DNA of 43,286 bases from Paraspadella gotoi (GCA_051294375.1 JBJCIZ010000250.1:1-43286), one strand, 5' to 3'; positions 1 through 10,914 are shown, numbered from the stretch's first letter. Numbers and translations are program-made. Notes: generated by a model not told the origin, from the letters alone.

Positions 1-140
1 ACTTGTCTTGTCTGTCTTGTCTTGTTCTTGTCTTGTCTGGTCTTGTCTTGTCTTGTTCTTGTCTTGTCTTGTCTGTGTCTTGTTCTTGTCTTGTCTTGGT
101 CTTGTCTTGTCTTGTCTTCGTGTCTTGTTCTGGTTCTTGT
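1..140. repeat. (TCTTG)n pentanucleotide microsatellite
   Basis: Direct inspection. Confidence 0.9.
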
Positions 141-1357
141 CTTTTTCTGTTATCTTTTCTTTCATTTTCTTTTCATGTTTCTTTTTCTTTTTTCTTTCTT
201 TTCTCTTTCTTTTCATATTTTTTATGTGTCTTTACTTTTTTTTTCCTTTTTTTTTTCCTTTTTTTTCTTTATTTTCAAATTTAAATTTTCCACCTCCCTC
301 CCGCGCGCACGAATTTTCCCTTTTGTATTTTGCGTTTGGTTAAATCGCGCCGGGGAAAACCCAGAGTCCTCGGCGATCGTGCAACGCCGGCTTTCGCATT
401 CAGCGTACCTTGAGAAAAAAAAAAAAAACCGCCCCTTTGCTCGGTTTAAAAAAAAAACGTTAGCAATTTTCGTTGTCTTTTTTTTTTTTTGGTTTTTTTT
501 TGCTAGCGATTCGCCGTTGCGAGTCTGTAGTATCTGTTATCCCCTTTGCCGGATCTGGAGCTTGGTCACGTCCGTGGTTTTTCCAACTTGCGTCTTTTTC
601 ATGTCCGTTTCTGTTTATTGTAGCTTTATCATTTTGACATCTTTTTTCTGGGTTTTTTTTTTTTTTTTTGCGTCTCAAGTGCTTGTTTAACTGCTTGTAG
701 ACATCGCTTTCCAAATTTTTTCCCCCTTTTTTCCTCCTCTTTCTATTCTGCCTTCTTCTTTTCCATCTCACGGCCATTTTCCTTTAATTCTGTTTCTTCC
801 AATTTTTTCTTTTTCCTTTCTTTCCCATTGTTTCGATCGCATTTCATCATTCATAAACTTTAGTTTTCTTTTTAGGAAACAGAAAGAGGAGAGAGAGAGA
901 GAGAAAGGAGAAAGAGGCGAGAGAGGAGAGTGAGATGAGAGAGAGAGAGAGAGGAGAGAGAGAGAGGGAGGATGAGAAGCCGGAGAGACGAGAGAGAGAG
1001 GAGAAAGAGAGAGAGAGAGGGAGATTTGCACGGGGGCTTTTCTTTTTTTAGAGGACGTCCTCTGGTTTTGTTTACGCTTTATGACCCTACTCCTCCTATT
1101 TTTTTCTTCCTCTGTCCTCCTCCTCCCCCTCATCCCCTCCTAATATCTCCCTCCTCTATCCTCCTCTCCTCTTCCTTCTCTTTCTCAAATACACTTGACC
1201 GTGGATGAATGAAAAAAACATTATTATATGGTGGCCATTTTTTCTCCTCTTTTTTTTCCTGCCCTTTCTGCTTTTAACATCTCCCTCTTTCTTACTACGC
1301 TCATCTGCGTTTGAGCTTGCCCGCTTTCTCCCCGATAACACTTTTACTACTTAATAC

Positions 1358-2365
1358 ACACCAAGTTAACACCCCGTAACAGTTAAACCCATAGAAATAA
1401 CACCAAGATAACACCCCAACGTCATCACAACACACCCTCAAACCGTTAACACCCACAGTTTAAACACCCCCAAGGATCTAAACATTACAGCCCCAAGTTA
1501 ACACCCACAGCGTCGTAACGCGATCCCCCATCCACCAGGCGCACATAACACCCAAGTTAACACCCAATTACAACAGTTAACACCACAACGTTTAATCACC
1601 CAATGATAACACACCCAACGTTAACACCCACCAGATACACACCGCACACTAGTTAACACACAGTCTACACCAAAGTTAACACGGTCCAATGTTAACACCC
1701 AAGATAACCCCAAAAGATAACAACCAAGAAACAACCAAGTTAACACCGGCAAGTAAGCCACAATGAAAACCCAAGTTTAACACCCAAGTTAACACCCCAA
1801 GATAACACCCTCCAAAGTTAACACGCCGTCAAGTTATAAACATGCCAAGTACTATAACCAGAATACCCAAGTTAACCACCAAGTTAACACCAAGTTACAC
1901 ACCAAGATAACACCCAAGTTAACAACCAGCTTAACCACCCAAGTTACAATGATACACCCAAGTTACAACAAGTAAACCAAGTTAATACCAAAGTTACCAA
2001 CACCCAAGTTATAACACCCAAGAGATAAATACCCAAGTTAAGCATGCACATAAGTTAAACAAACATAGTTAAATACCCATAGATAAAAACCCAAGTTAAC
2101 AAACAGGTACACCAAAGTTAACCCAGATTTAACACCCAAGATTAAAACCCAAGTTAACACCCAAGGTTAACAACCAAAAGTTAAACCCAAGATAAAAACC
2201 CAAGTTAACACCCAAGTTAACACCCCAAGTTTTAACAAACCAAGTTAACGACCCAAGATTAAAACCCAAGTTAACACCCAATGTTAACACCCAAGATAAC
2301 ACCCAAGTTAACACCCAAGTTAACACACTTGTTAACACCCTTGTTAACACCCAAGTTAACACCAA
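1358..2365. repeat. 12-bp minisatellite (AACACCCAAGTT)n
   Basis: Clean units at the 3' end, indel-noisy at the 5' end. Confidence 0.9.
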
Positions 2366-2397
2366 AAGTCAAAGTAAATATTTTCGGTTAAACATAA

Positions 2398-2665
2398 CTT
2401 AAGGGAGTGGTCTTTTCATACAATTGAAACATTCTTTTAAATAATATACCACTTCATTGATAGGGAAGCCAGGTACTCTGGGAGTGAATAAACGAGACTG
2501 TGAAAGAGTCTTGATTGAAAACTTGCAGGGACCTGCTATGTCATTATCTTGTAAGAGTGATGGAGGCCTTAAACCACGAAAGCCTGTCCAAAGTCAGGGG
2601 CAAGATAGCTTATTTATTAAATGAATGGATAATTTTTATATTAGTTGTACCAATTTCATAAAAGA
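2398..2665 (-). repeat. Copy of the ~325-bp dispersed repeat
   Basis: Reverse complement of 9161-9420. Confidence 0.85.
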
Positions 2666-2803
2666 GCTTGAGATATATATCTCTAGTTTTTAGACAAACA
2701 AATATCTTTCTAAAAATTAAAAAATAAAAATGTTTATTTAAACTCGAGCGAAACAAAAGGGCTTTGATTCCGTTCAGGAAAACAAGCGCGACCACCAACT
2801 TCG

Positions 2804-2874
2804 AATCACTCGTGAATCATTTTAAATATTTAAAATCACTCGTGAATTCTTATCTCCCTCTGGTGAGTATAAAA
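2804..2874 (+). promoter_or_regulatory. Putative core promoter of the SMase-like gene: duplicated AATCACTCGTGAAT motif and TATA box
   Basis: AATCACTCGTGAAT at 2804-2817 and 2834-2847; TATAAAA at 2868-2874, ~80 nt before the ATG. Confidence 0.5.
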
Positions 2875-2953
2875 CCCCGATTCGAATTCTAAGGGGGGGG
2901 AGAAAAATTCCGAATAAAAAAAAAATCGACTTTGGGTTCGAATTAAAGTCGAA

Positions 2954-3108
2954 ATGAAGTCGATCGGTATTTTCTTGCTCTTTTGTCTGGCGGCGGTGAG
3001 CGGCAAGAAAGTGACCCTGTCTGTTATGAGTTACAATACGAGACAATTGCCCACGATTCCCGCAAAGTTGCCGTTCGACAGATTGCAGAGATACAAGCAC
3101 CTCGCACG
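2954..3108 (+). CDS. SMase-like gene exon 1 (signal peptide, first strand with SYN)
   Basis: ATG at 2954; MKSIGIFLLFCLAAVSGKKVTLSVMSYNTRQLP...HLA; GT donor at 3109 followed by a GA microsatellite. Confidence 0.8.
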
Positions 3109-5793
3109 GTTGTTTGAGAGAGAGAGAGATGATAGAGATGAGAAATGGAGAGAGAGAGATGAGAGGAGGAGAGACGGAGAGTGAGAGACGAGAGAGAGAG
3201 AGAGAGAGAGTGAATAATTTTTGGAATTCGCTCACTCACAGAAACGATTCACTGGATGCCAAAACAACCGGATGTTCTTGTTTTCCAGGAACTCTTTTAC
3301 AACCCGGCCGAAGATTATCTCATTAAAGTAAGACGTACAAAATTGTACATTACAATTTGGCCTAATTTACGTTTTCAAAGCTCAAACGTAAACAATGACG
3401 ACGACGACGACGACGACGACTCCTTCGCGACCCGTTGGGGTCAGTAGGAATGACCCGTTGGGGTCAGTAGAAATGACCCGTTGGGGTCAGTAGGAATGAC
3501 CCAGAAACATTCGACCTTTAACGAACCTGATAACGATAAGGAAACTTAAAAGTAATATGTATAAATTAAAGAATAAGATCCAAATATTAGGAATTATAAA
3601 GTAAAAATGTAACCTCTAGATGCTTCGCGATGAATGGAAAGACTACAAATATGCGACAGCAAACGTCGGCAACTGTTGTCAATTGAACGACTGCCCTGGA
3701 AAATGGGATTCCATCAAAGTGAGACAAGAGGGGAACGAACCTTCTTCCAGAATAAGTTCCTTATGATACACAAAAATCGGCCCTATTTTCCGAGAACGCC
3801 GAATTTCCGTTCCTGTATCCCTTTTAATAATAATTTTAATTCTCGAATTGAATTTTAAACTTTGATTGTATCCATGTTCCAATCTCTCACCTTAATCATT
3901 AACCTTAATTCCTAACCTTAAACCCTAAACTATAATCATTATCTTCAACCCAAACCTTTAATTCTATAACCCTAATCCTTAACCCTAATCTTTAACCCTA
4001 ATCCTTAACCCTAATCTATAACCCTAATCCCTAATCTCTAACCTTTATCCTTAACCCTAATCTTTAACCCTAATCCTTAACCCTAATCTCTAACCCTAAT
4101 TTCTAACCCTAATCTTTAACCCCAACCCCTAACCCAAATCTCTAACCCTAGTCCTTTAACCCTAAACCCTAATCCTTAACCCTAACCCTAATCCTTATTT
4201 TAATTCCTAATCTAATCCCCAACCCTAATCCTTTACCCTAATCCTTAACTTAATTCCCAATCTAATCCCTAACCCTATTATTTTTATATAATTTTTAAAC
4301 CGAAAAAGCCAATTTCATTCCCTATTTAAGACGAAATTGGGGGGTCTTAGGGGAAAATAAGGCCAATAAAATGAGTAAATAAAAAAAAAATGTAAATAAA
4401 AAAAACAAAACTTTCCCACCTCTTAAACCCGTCACTTGATCCTCCCACGTTTCCAGGGCGCATCGGTCTCCTCCTGCAAGCTAACCCTTTCCAAAGGGGG
4501 CGTCATCGTTCTCAGCAAATTTCCCATCGTCGCCAAAAACGCTTACGTCTTCTCGTCGTACAAAACGAACAGCGGGGATCGTCACGCTAACAAGGGGCTA
4601 GTGCATGTCAAGGCGAGTAAAAGTATCGAATCTATAGTTTGAAATAATTGATACAGTCTCGTATGAACTTATCTTATTTAGTCTAAAATGATTCTTACCC
4701 CGTTCTCCTTTCTTATATAAAGTTATTCAATCAAATGTTGTCTAATTTTTTTTTTTGTGGTCATATTTTGTCTAATATGGTCTAATTTCGTCAGATATTA
4801 TCTAACTTTGTCTAACCTCGTCTAATATTGTTTGTTTTTTCTATTTTTTAAATAGTTTGTCTAATATTGCATAATATTATCTAATTTTGTCTCACATTAT
4901 CTAATTTTTCTTAATATTGTCTAATTTCGTCTAATTCCAGTTCCAATTCTATTCAAATATTGTCTCATCTCTTTTGTTTATTAGGTAAGGAAAGACAACG
5001 AATCGTTCAACGTTTTGGGAACACACCTTCAAGCCGACGAAGCCAGTCCCGACCTCGAGGCGCAAAAGGCCAGATTCAATCAAATCGGCGAAATGTGGGT
5101 TTGGGTTAGGGACCATCTCAAAATTCCAAAGACGGAACCGGTCATTTTAGCCGGTGAGCATGAAAACCTTTGGGAGATGATAATTGAAAGATAACTATTT
5201 CATTAAATACTATGATATTGTACGAAAAATTTCAAGATTACTTGTTTCACTGATTTTTAACTAAATTTTAAAAAGAAATTTTAGCAAGTTGAAAATATGG
5301 TTGTATTTTATTTTTGAATTATTCGGTTCCAGGAGACCTGAATGTCATTCTTAACAGCGAAGAGGAAAAGAAAACTCTCGGCCCACGAGACGATTTTCAA
5401 GGTGCCTCTCTCTTTCTCCTTCTCTTCTACGGCTCACATTTTTAATATCATGAGCAATACAAACAAAAATTTTGTCCTTAATATCTTCATCATCTTTGAT
5501 CCCAGGATTCGAATTTCACTTTGACGACAGCGCAAATGACGGTTCCATCGATCGCGTCCAAAGTTTCGACGCGCGGAGCAATTTCCTTGCGAAGGCCGAC
5601 GCTAATTGGTGGCAGTACGATTACGATTGGCACGGAACTCTCGACTACGTTATGAATTTGAAGGTACTACAGTTTTTACTAGTTTTACTGTATTTTTACT
5701 ACATTTTTACTAGTTTTGTGACAAGCCAAAAGAGACTAAAACGGCAAGACAACTAAAAATGTTAATTTTTATAATGACGTTTTAGTCAAGCAG

Positions 5794-5883
<90 letters not shown>

Positions 5884-6175
5884 TTTCTCATTTTCTAATT
5901 CTGCTATCACTATAACTGGAGAACATTATAAAGTGACTATTCATACTCATATTTTCCTTCAGCAATTTAAAAATCCGACTGGAACTCCGTACATGAGGGT
6001 CATTCCTCTCAAAGCCGAGATTCCCTGGTATTGGATCGTCCTCGATGCGGACCAAGTCGTTCGATCAAACGCCCCCGAATGGTACAACCACATCAAAGGC
6101 TTAAAACCCCACGGATTTTACAGAGATATGAGCGATCATTATCCTGTTAGGGTTGACTATGTGTTTGTCTATTGA
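2954..6175 (+). CDS. Spliced gene (8 exons, ~367 aa) for a secreted sphingomyelinase C-like phosphodiesterase (EEP/DNase I fold)
   Basis: Manually spliced exons 2954-~3108, 3242-3327, 3620-3718, 4457-4612, 4985-5153, 5333-5401, 5506-5663, 5963-6175. The product has a signal peptide (MKSIGIFLLFCLAAVSG) and the family motifs in order: SYN, DVLVFQE, GGVIVLSKFPI, DRHANKG, GTHLQA, PVILAGDLN, LDYV, SDHYPV. All junction phases fit except exon 1/2. Confidence 0.9.
3242..3327 (+). CDS. SMase-like gene exon 2
   Basis: CACAG| acceptor; TIHWMPKQPDVLVFQELFYNPAEDYLIK (metal-binding QE); |GTAAGA donor. Confidence 0.85.
3429..3502. repeat. 23-bp tandem repeat x3 with internal hairpin (intron 2)
   Basis: GACCCGTTGGGGTCAGTAGGAAT at 3429, 3452, 3475. 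Confidence 0.9.
3620..3718 (+). CDS. SMase-like gene exon 3
   Basis: CTCTAG| acceptor; 99 nt, phase 0/0; MLRDEWKDYKYATANVGNCCQLNDCPGKWDSIK; |GTGAGA donor. Confidence 0.85.
3890..4280. repeat. Degenerate CCCTAA-containing minisatellite (intron 3)
   Basis: Repeated (T)AACCCTAATC(C/T)TT units. Confidence 0.85.
4457..4612 (+). CDS. SMase-like gene exon 4
   Basis: TTCCAG| acceptor; GASVSSCKLTLSKGGVIVLSKFPIVAKNAYVFSSYKTNSGDRHANKGLVHVK; AAG|GCGAGT GC donor. Confidence 0.88.
4720..4965. repeat. 10-bp degenerate minisatellite (TTGTCTAATW) in intron 4
   Basis: TCTAA recurring every ~10 nt. Confidence 0.7.
4985..5153 (+). CDS. SMase-like gene exon 5
   Basis: TTAG| acceptor; VRKDNESFNVLGTHLQADEASPDLEAQKARFNQIGEMWVWVRDHLKIPKTEPVILA(G); |GTGAGC donor. 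Confidence 0.9.
5333..5401 (+). CDS. SMase-like gene exon 6
   Basis: TTCCAG| acceptor, phase 1; (G)DLNVILNSEEEKKTLGPRDDFQ(G) completes the GDLN motif; |GTGCCT donor. Confidence 0.88.
5506..5663 (+). CDS. SMase-like gene exon 7
   Basis: CCCAG| acceptor, phase 1; FEFHFDDSANDGSIDRVQSFDARSNFLAKADANWWQYDYDWHGTLDYVMNLK; |GTACTA donor. Confidence 0.88.
5963..6175 (+). CDS. SMase-like gene exon 8 (terminal)
   Basis: TTCCTTCAG| acceptor; QFKNPTGTPYMRVIPLKAEIPWYW...GFYRDMSDHYPVRVDYVFVY-TGA. Confidence 0.9.
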   Translation, partial: QFKNPTGTPYMRVIPLKAEIPWYWIVLDADQVVRSNAPEWYNHIKGLKPHGFYRDMSDHYPVRVDYVFVY

Positions 6176-6309
6176 GAAAGGTTTTTTTTTGAAAGATAGA
6201 CGAAAATAATTGTATTAACTTTAATATTTTTAAATTTTTTTACCAGATGTTTTTATATGTATTTTATGTTATCTCCAACGCGGAAAAATATTAAGGTAAA
6301 TGTTTTAAA

Positions 6310-6315
6310 AATAAA
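6310..6315 (+). terminator. Candidate polyadenylation signal of the SMase-like gene
   Basis: AATAAA ~135 nt after the stop codon, followed by T/GT-rich sequence. Confidence 0.45.
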
Positions 6316-6402
6316 TGCTTGACTGAAAATAATTTTACATTTTTTCTCTAATGGTCATTTGGTTAGTGGTTTTCTATGGTTTTCTATGTTTGCTGAGACC
6401 GT

Positions 6403-6448
<46 letters not shown>

Positions 6449-6559
6449 AGAGAAAGAGAAAGAATCTCTGTTTATAGAACAAAAATCTCATTCTTGAGTT
6501 TTTGAGCCTCGGGATTTTAGTTGGCGATGAGTTCAGGGAATTCTTGTCTCTTGAGGAGG

Positions 6560-6594
<35 letters not shown>

Positions 6595-6676
6595 CCGCTG
6601 TGGGCTTTTCGGGGCGGGGGCGTGGCCGAGGCTAAATGGAAATTCGGTTCCTTCTGAATTTTTCGTTTTTCCCTAC

Positions 6677-6787
<111 letters not shown>

Positions 6788-7028
6788 TAACTTGTTACTT
6801 AGAGAAACAAAAAAAAGTGGCGCGTCTTTTTCCCGAACTCCGCCTTAATCGAGTCTGACTCCTTCGGGAGTGGAGAATAGAGAGGAAAAAAAATAGAGAG
6901 CGAGACAGAGAGGAAAAAAGAAAGAAAATAAAGAAGACCAAAAGGGAAATTTCGTTTTGGCCCCAAATTTAGAAAAGAGAGAAGAAGCCTTTGGCTTTTG
7001 ATCCTCACTATCCCTGGGGCCTTTTCAG

Positions 7029-7090
<62 letters not shown>

Positions 7091-7204
7091 CATCTCTCTC
7101 TCGATCTTGACCTCCAGAATTCGCTACTACTTTATCCTGTAGACATGGGTTTCATAACCCATTATATAGTATATCATTCTTCTCAATCTGAATTACAACC
7201 AATA

Positions 7205-7492
7205 CGCGGAGCAAACTCTATAAGTGACTTTTCGGTCGGTCTGTCGGTCGGTACATAGGTCGGTGGGTATGTCCATCTGTCAGTCTGTCCCACTTATAAT
7301 TTGCCTATAATTGGTTGCTCATTTATTACAAAAGAAAAAAACTCTCAAATCTAAGGGACTACTAGCGCCTCCTTAAGGAATTCCTGAAACTACAAAGAAT
7401 AAAAGACAGAATTTTGATGCAGTGCATGTCATAAATACACGGGGCAAAATTTTTTTATAGTCATGTTATATAATGTCAGGTCATATCATGTT
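7205..7492 (+). mobile_element. HINE/DINE-1-like (Helentron-associated) interspersed repeat
   Basis: ACTCTATAAGTGACTTTTCGGTCGGTCTGTCGGTC... GTCY-type microsatellite; colinear with 25237-25515. Confidence 0.5.
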
Positions 7493-7729
7493 ATCAAAGA
7501 TAAATACTGCGACGCAACATAATGGAATTACCGTTCTTGTTTTATATTCTTTTTACCTCCCAACCTTCATCATTAAGATTTTTAAGACTTTGTGTTTTTC
7601 TCTTCCTTTTTTTTTTTCTCCTTCCGAATTTTTTTTTCTTCCTCAGTCCTTCATTTCTTTTCCTTTTTCATCCTTTCTGCCTTTTTTCCCTGTCCTTTTA
7701 TCCTTTCCCTATTTCCCCCGGGCCGATTG

Positions 7730-8710
7730 CTATCAATATCAGTATCAATATCAATATCAGTATCAATATCAGTATCAATATCAGTATCATCTCCCAACTT
7801 TGTCATTCTTTTCTTTTCCCTCCTCCTGCTTTCCCTTCTCACAAATCTCGCTCATCTCTCACTCAATCAATATCCACCCAACTTAACTATTTATTTTTAT
7901 TCCTATTTTACCACTCTTCCTGTTCCCTTTCATTAATTAATTAATTCTAATTCATACATTGATTCAATCATTCATTCATTCATTCATATCATTCATTCAT
8001 CATTCATTCATTATCATTCATCCTTCTCTTCCTTTTTTCTATCTTTTTCCTTTTCTTCAAATCTTCCGCTCCTCCTCTCCTTCCTTCTTCCCTCGGTCGC
8101 CCTATTTCCTCCTCCCTCCCTCTCTCCTCCCTATATTCCTCCCTCCTTCTCTCTCTCTTTCTTCCTCCCTCTCCCCTCCTCCCTCTTTCCCTCCCTCCTT
8201 CCCTTCCGCTCTCCCTCCTCTCCTCCCTCCCTCCCCTACTCCCTCTCCCTCACTCCCTCTCTCCCTTCCTCCTCCCCCGTTTCCTCCCTCACTTCCTCCT
8301 CCCTCCTCTCCTACTCCCTCTCATTCTCCCTCACTTCTTCTCTTCCTTCCCTTCTCCCTCGTCCTCCCTCACTTCCTTCCTCCATTCCTTTCTCCCTCCT
8401 CCCTACTCTCTCTCACCCTCACTCACTCCCTTCCCTCCTCCCTCTTTCCCTCCCTCCCTTCCTCTCTCCCTCCCTCCTTTACTCCCTCTCTCAATCTCTC
8501 TCTTCCATCTCCCTCACCTCTTTCCGTCCTCCCTCGTTCCCTCTCTCACTTCCCCCTCTCTTCCCTCTCTCCTCCCTCCACTACTCTCTCTCACTCCTCT
8601 CTTCCATCCCCTACTCCCTCTCCCTTCCCTCCTCCCTCGTTCCCTCTCTCACTTCCTCCCCCTTCCTCTCTCCCTCCCTCACCTCCCTCTCGCCCTCTCT
8701 TCCTCCCCGA
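7730..8710. repeat. Low-complexity run: (ATCART)n, (TTCA)n and a long polypyrimidine tract
   Basis: Direct inspection; explains the spurious Pro/Ser ORF 7959-8897. Confidence 0.85.
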
Positions 8711-8801
8711 TCTCATTTTCATGGTTGATTGGAGAATCTTCTTCTTTCGCCTCGAGGACAAAAACTTCGCTTTTTCTCGCTTTTCATTTAGTTTCATCAG
8801 C

Positions 8802-8847
<46 letters not shown>

Positions 8848-9160
8848 AGAGAGATATGTCAATCCTCCCACACCTCCGCCCCGCGGGGCGGCTCTAGGGG
8901 CGGCCCCAGGGGGCAGACTATTCCAGGGGGAGCAGCAAAATGGTCATTGAGGGGGCGCCCCTCTGGATTGCCTCAGGGGGCCGCCCCAGGGGGGTTCCCC
9001 TGGGGCCAACATTTTGGGTCTATTAGGGGCGCCCTAATGCTTAGCCCCCTGGGGCCAAAAAAAGTCGGCCCCTGGGGGTAACCCCTTGGGGAGCAAAAAA
9101 CTGCTCCCCAGGGGCGAGTTAAAGAGAGAGCAAAGTTTAGAGAGAAATATACTTTCTGAC

Positions 9161-9918
9161 ATGAAATTGGTACAACCAATATAAAAATTATCCATCATTT
9201 AATAAATAAGCCATCTTGCCCCTGACTTTGGACAGCTTTGGTGGTTTAAGGCCTCCATCATCTTACAAGATAATGACATAGCAGGTGCCCGCAAGCTTCA
9301 ATCAAGACTCTCTCACAGTCTCGTTTATTCACTCCCAGAGTACCTGGCTTCCCCTATCAATGAAGTGGAAAATATTTCAAAGAATGTTTCAATTGTATTG
9401 AAAAGACCACTCCCTTAAGTATTAGATCGGGAATACTTATTGTACTCCGGCCACTAGCAAAAAATACAAGGAGCTGAATTTTATGAAATTGGTACAACAG
9501 AATATAAAATTTATCCATTCATATTAATAAATAAGCTATCTTGCCCCTGACTTTGGACAGGCTTTGGTGGTTAAGGGCCTCCATCACTCTTACAAGATAA
9601 TGACATAGCAGGTCCCTGCAAGCTTTTCAATTCAAGACTCTATCACAGTCTCGTTTATTCACTCCCAGAGTACCTGGCTTCCCTATCAATGAAGTGGAAA
9701 ATATTTCAAAGAATTTTCAATTGATGAAAAACGACCACTCCCTTAAGTATTAGATCGGGGAATACTTATTGTACTCGCACTAGCATCAAAATACAAGGAG
9801 CTGAATTTTATAAATTGGTACAACCAATAAAAAAATTATCCATTCATATTAAAATAAGCTATCTTGCCCTGACTTTGACAGGCTTTGGTGGTTTAAGGCT
9901 CATCACTCTTACAAGATA
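9161..9918 (+). repeat. ~325-bp dispersed repeat, 2.3 tandem copies
   Basis: Units start at 9161, 9483, ~9810 (ATGAAATTGGTACAAC...). Confidence 0.85.
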
Positions 9919-10561
9919 TGTTATGATATGTTATTATATCTGAGAATATTTTCACCTGTCTTTATCTTCTTTCTCTCTCCTTTTCTTTTTCCCTCCTTTT
10001 TCTTCTTCCTCTTTCTCATCCCTTTTTTTTCTCTCTCCCTTTTTTTCTCTCTATAGATTTTTTTTTCCTCTTCTTCAAGAATGTTTTATGTAACTGAATT
10101 AAATTATACATATTTTTCAATATCGTTAACATCATTTATTCCATATTATCAAAAGTTATATATGATTTTGTTAACCCGAATTATTTTTTGTTAAAATATA
10201 GAAAAAGTTTTAACAACAGTAGACGTAGCCATAAATTTAGTGGTAAAAAGCTAATCAGTCATTTGACTTCTTTTTTTGTGTCTTTTTTTATCTTTCTTTT
10301 TTAAATTTTTTTTTCCTTTTTTGTGGATGCATACTGATAGACTGATAGTGAATTATGAGTCCCCACCAAAAAAACAATAAAAACTATTCATCAACACTAA
10401 ACGAGTTCTAACATCGTAAAAAATAAATTTTATTTATTTAAGATTTGTAATTAATAATTGTCAGTTTGTAGATTGCTTAAGATGAACTCACGTTGTTAAA
10501 GTAGAGGCTGACGATTTGAGAGAGGAGTGAGCAAAACTTTATATCTCGCTCAATCACATAC

Positions 10562-10779
10562 TTTTCTACCCACACACAAAATTTTATTCCAATCCATCTA
10601 TTAATCCACGAATAATTGGAGTTTAATGCTAATATGGGAGTGGACTTAAAGACTGATATTAATTAATTAATCAATTAAATATTTAATTAATTATTTTTTA
10701 TAAGTGAATTAAAAAATTAAAACCATCTACTCTTATTCTAATAATTTTTTAAGATAAAATTTTGTGTGTAGGTAGAAAA
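10562..10779. mobile_element. MITE-like 218-bp element with 26-bp inverted repeats
   Basis: TTTTCTACCCACACACAAAATTTTAT ... ATAAAATTTTGTGTGTAGGTAGAAAA (1 mismatch); related end at ~36617-36646. Confidence 0.55.
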
Positions 10780-10914
10780 TGAAAGTAAGTTTTAAGGAAA
10801 AACAAAAAGTTACTTTACTTGAACATTATTAAAAAATTTTTTCACTCTATTTCTCTCTTCTTTTTTTTATTTTCTATCGGATAAAATTATTAATGAGCTA
10901 ATTGTTAAGTTGAT

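Noticed and set aside
3-1341. Leu/Ser/Cys/Phe-rich and Arg/Glu-rich ORFs
   Set aside because: Translations of TCTTG, poly-T and GA microsatellites; the same applies to most ERERER/SLSLSL and X-containing ORFs in the track.
2555-2600. Hammerhead-like GTGATGGA...CGAAAG in the 325-bp repeat
   Set aside because: Lacks the CUGANGA core, and the GAAA is not conserved in other copies (CCAAAG).
3429-3502. CRISPR-like palindromic repeat
   Set aside because: Units are directly adjacent with no unique spacers; intronic eukaryotic context; no cas genes.
3890-4280. Telomere or interstitial telomeric array
   Set aside because: Degenerate ~15-bp units inside an intron, not pure (TTAGGG)n.
2954-6175. Bacterial contamination as the source of the SMase gene
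   Set aside because: Seven spliceosomal introns containing host-type microsatellites show it is integrated in a eukaryotic genome.
7959-8897. 312-aa Pro/Ser/Leu-rich ORF (longest in the window)
   Set aside because: A polypyrimidine tract simply lacking stop codons; no domain or splice context.
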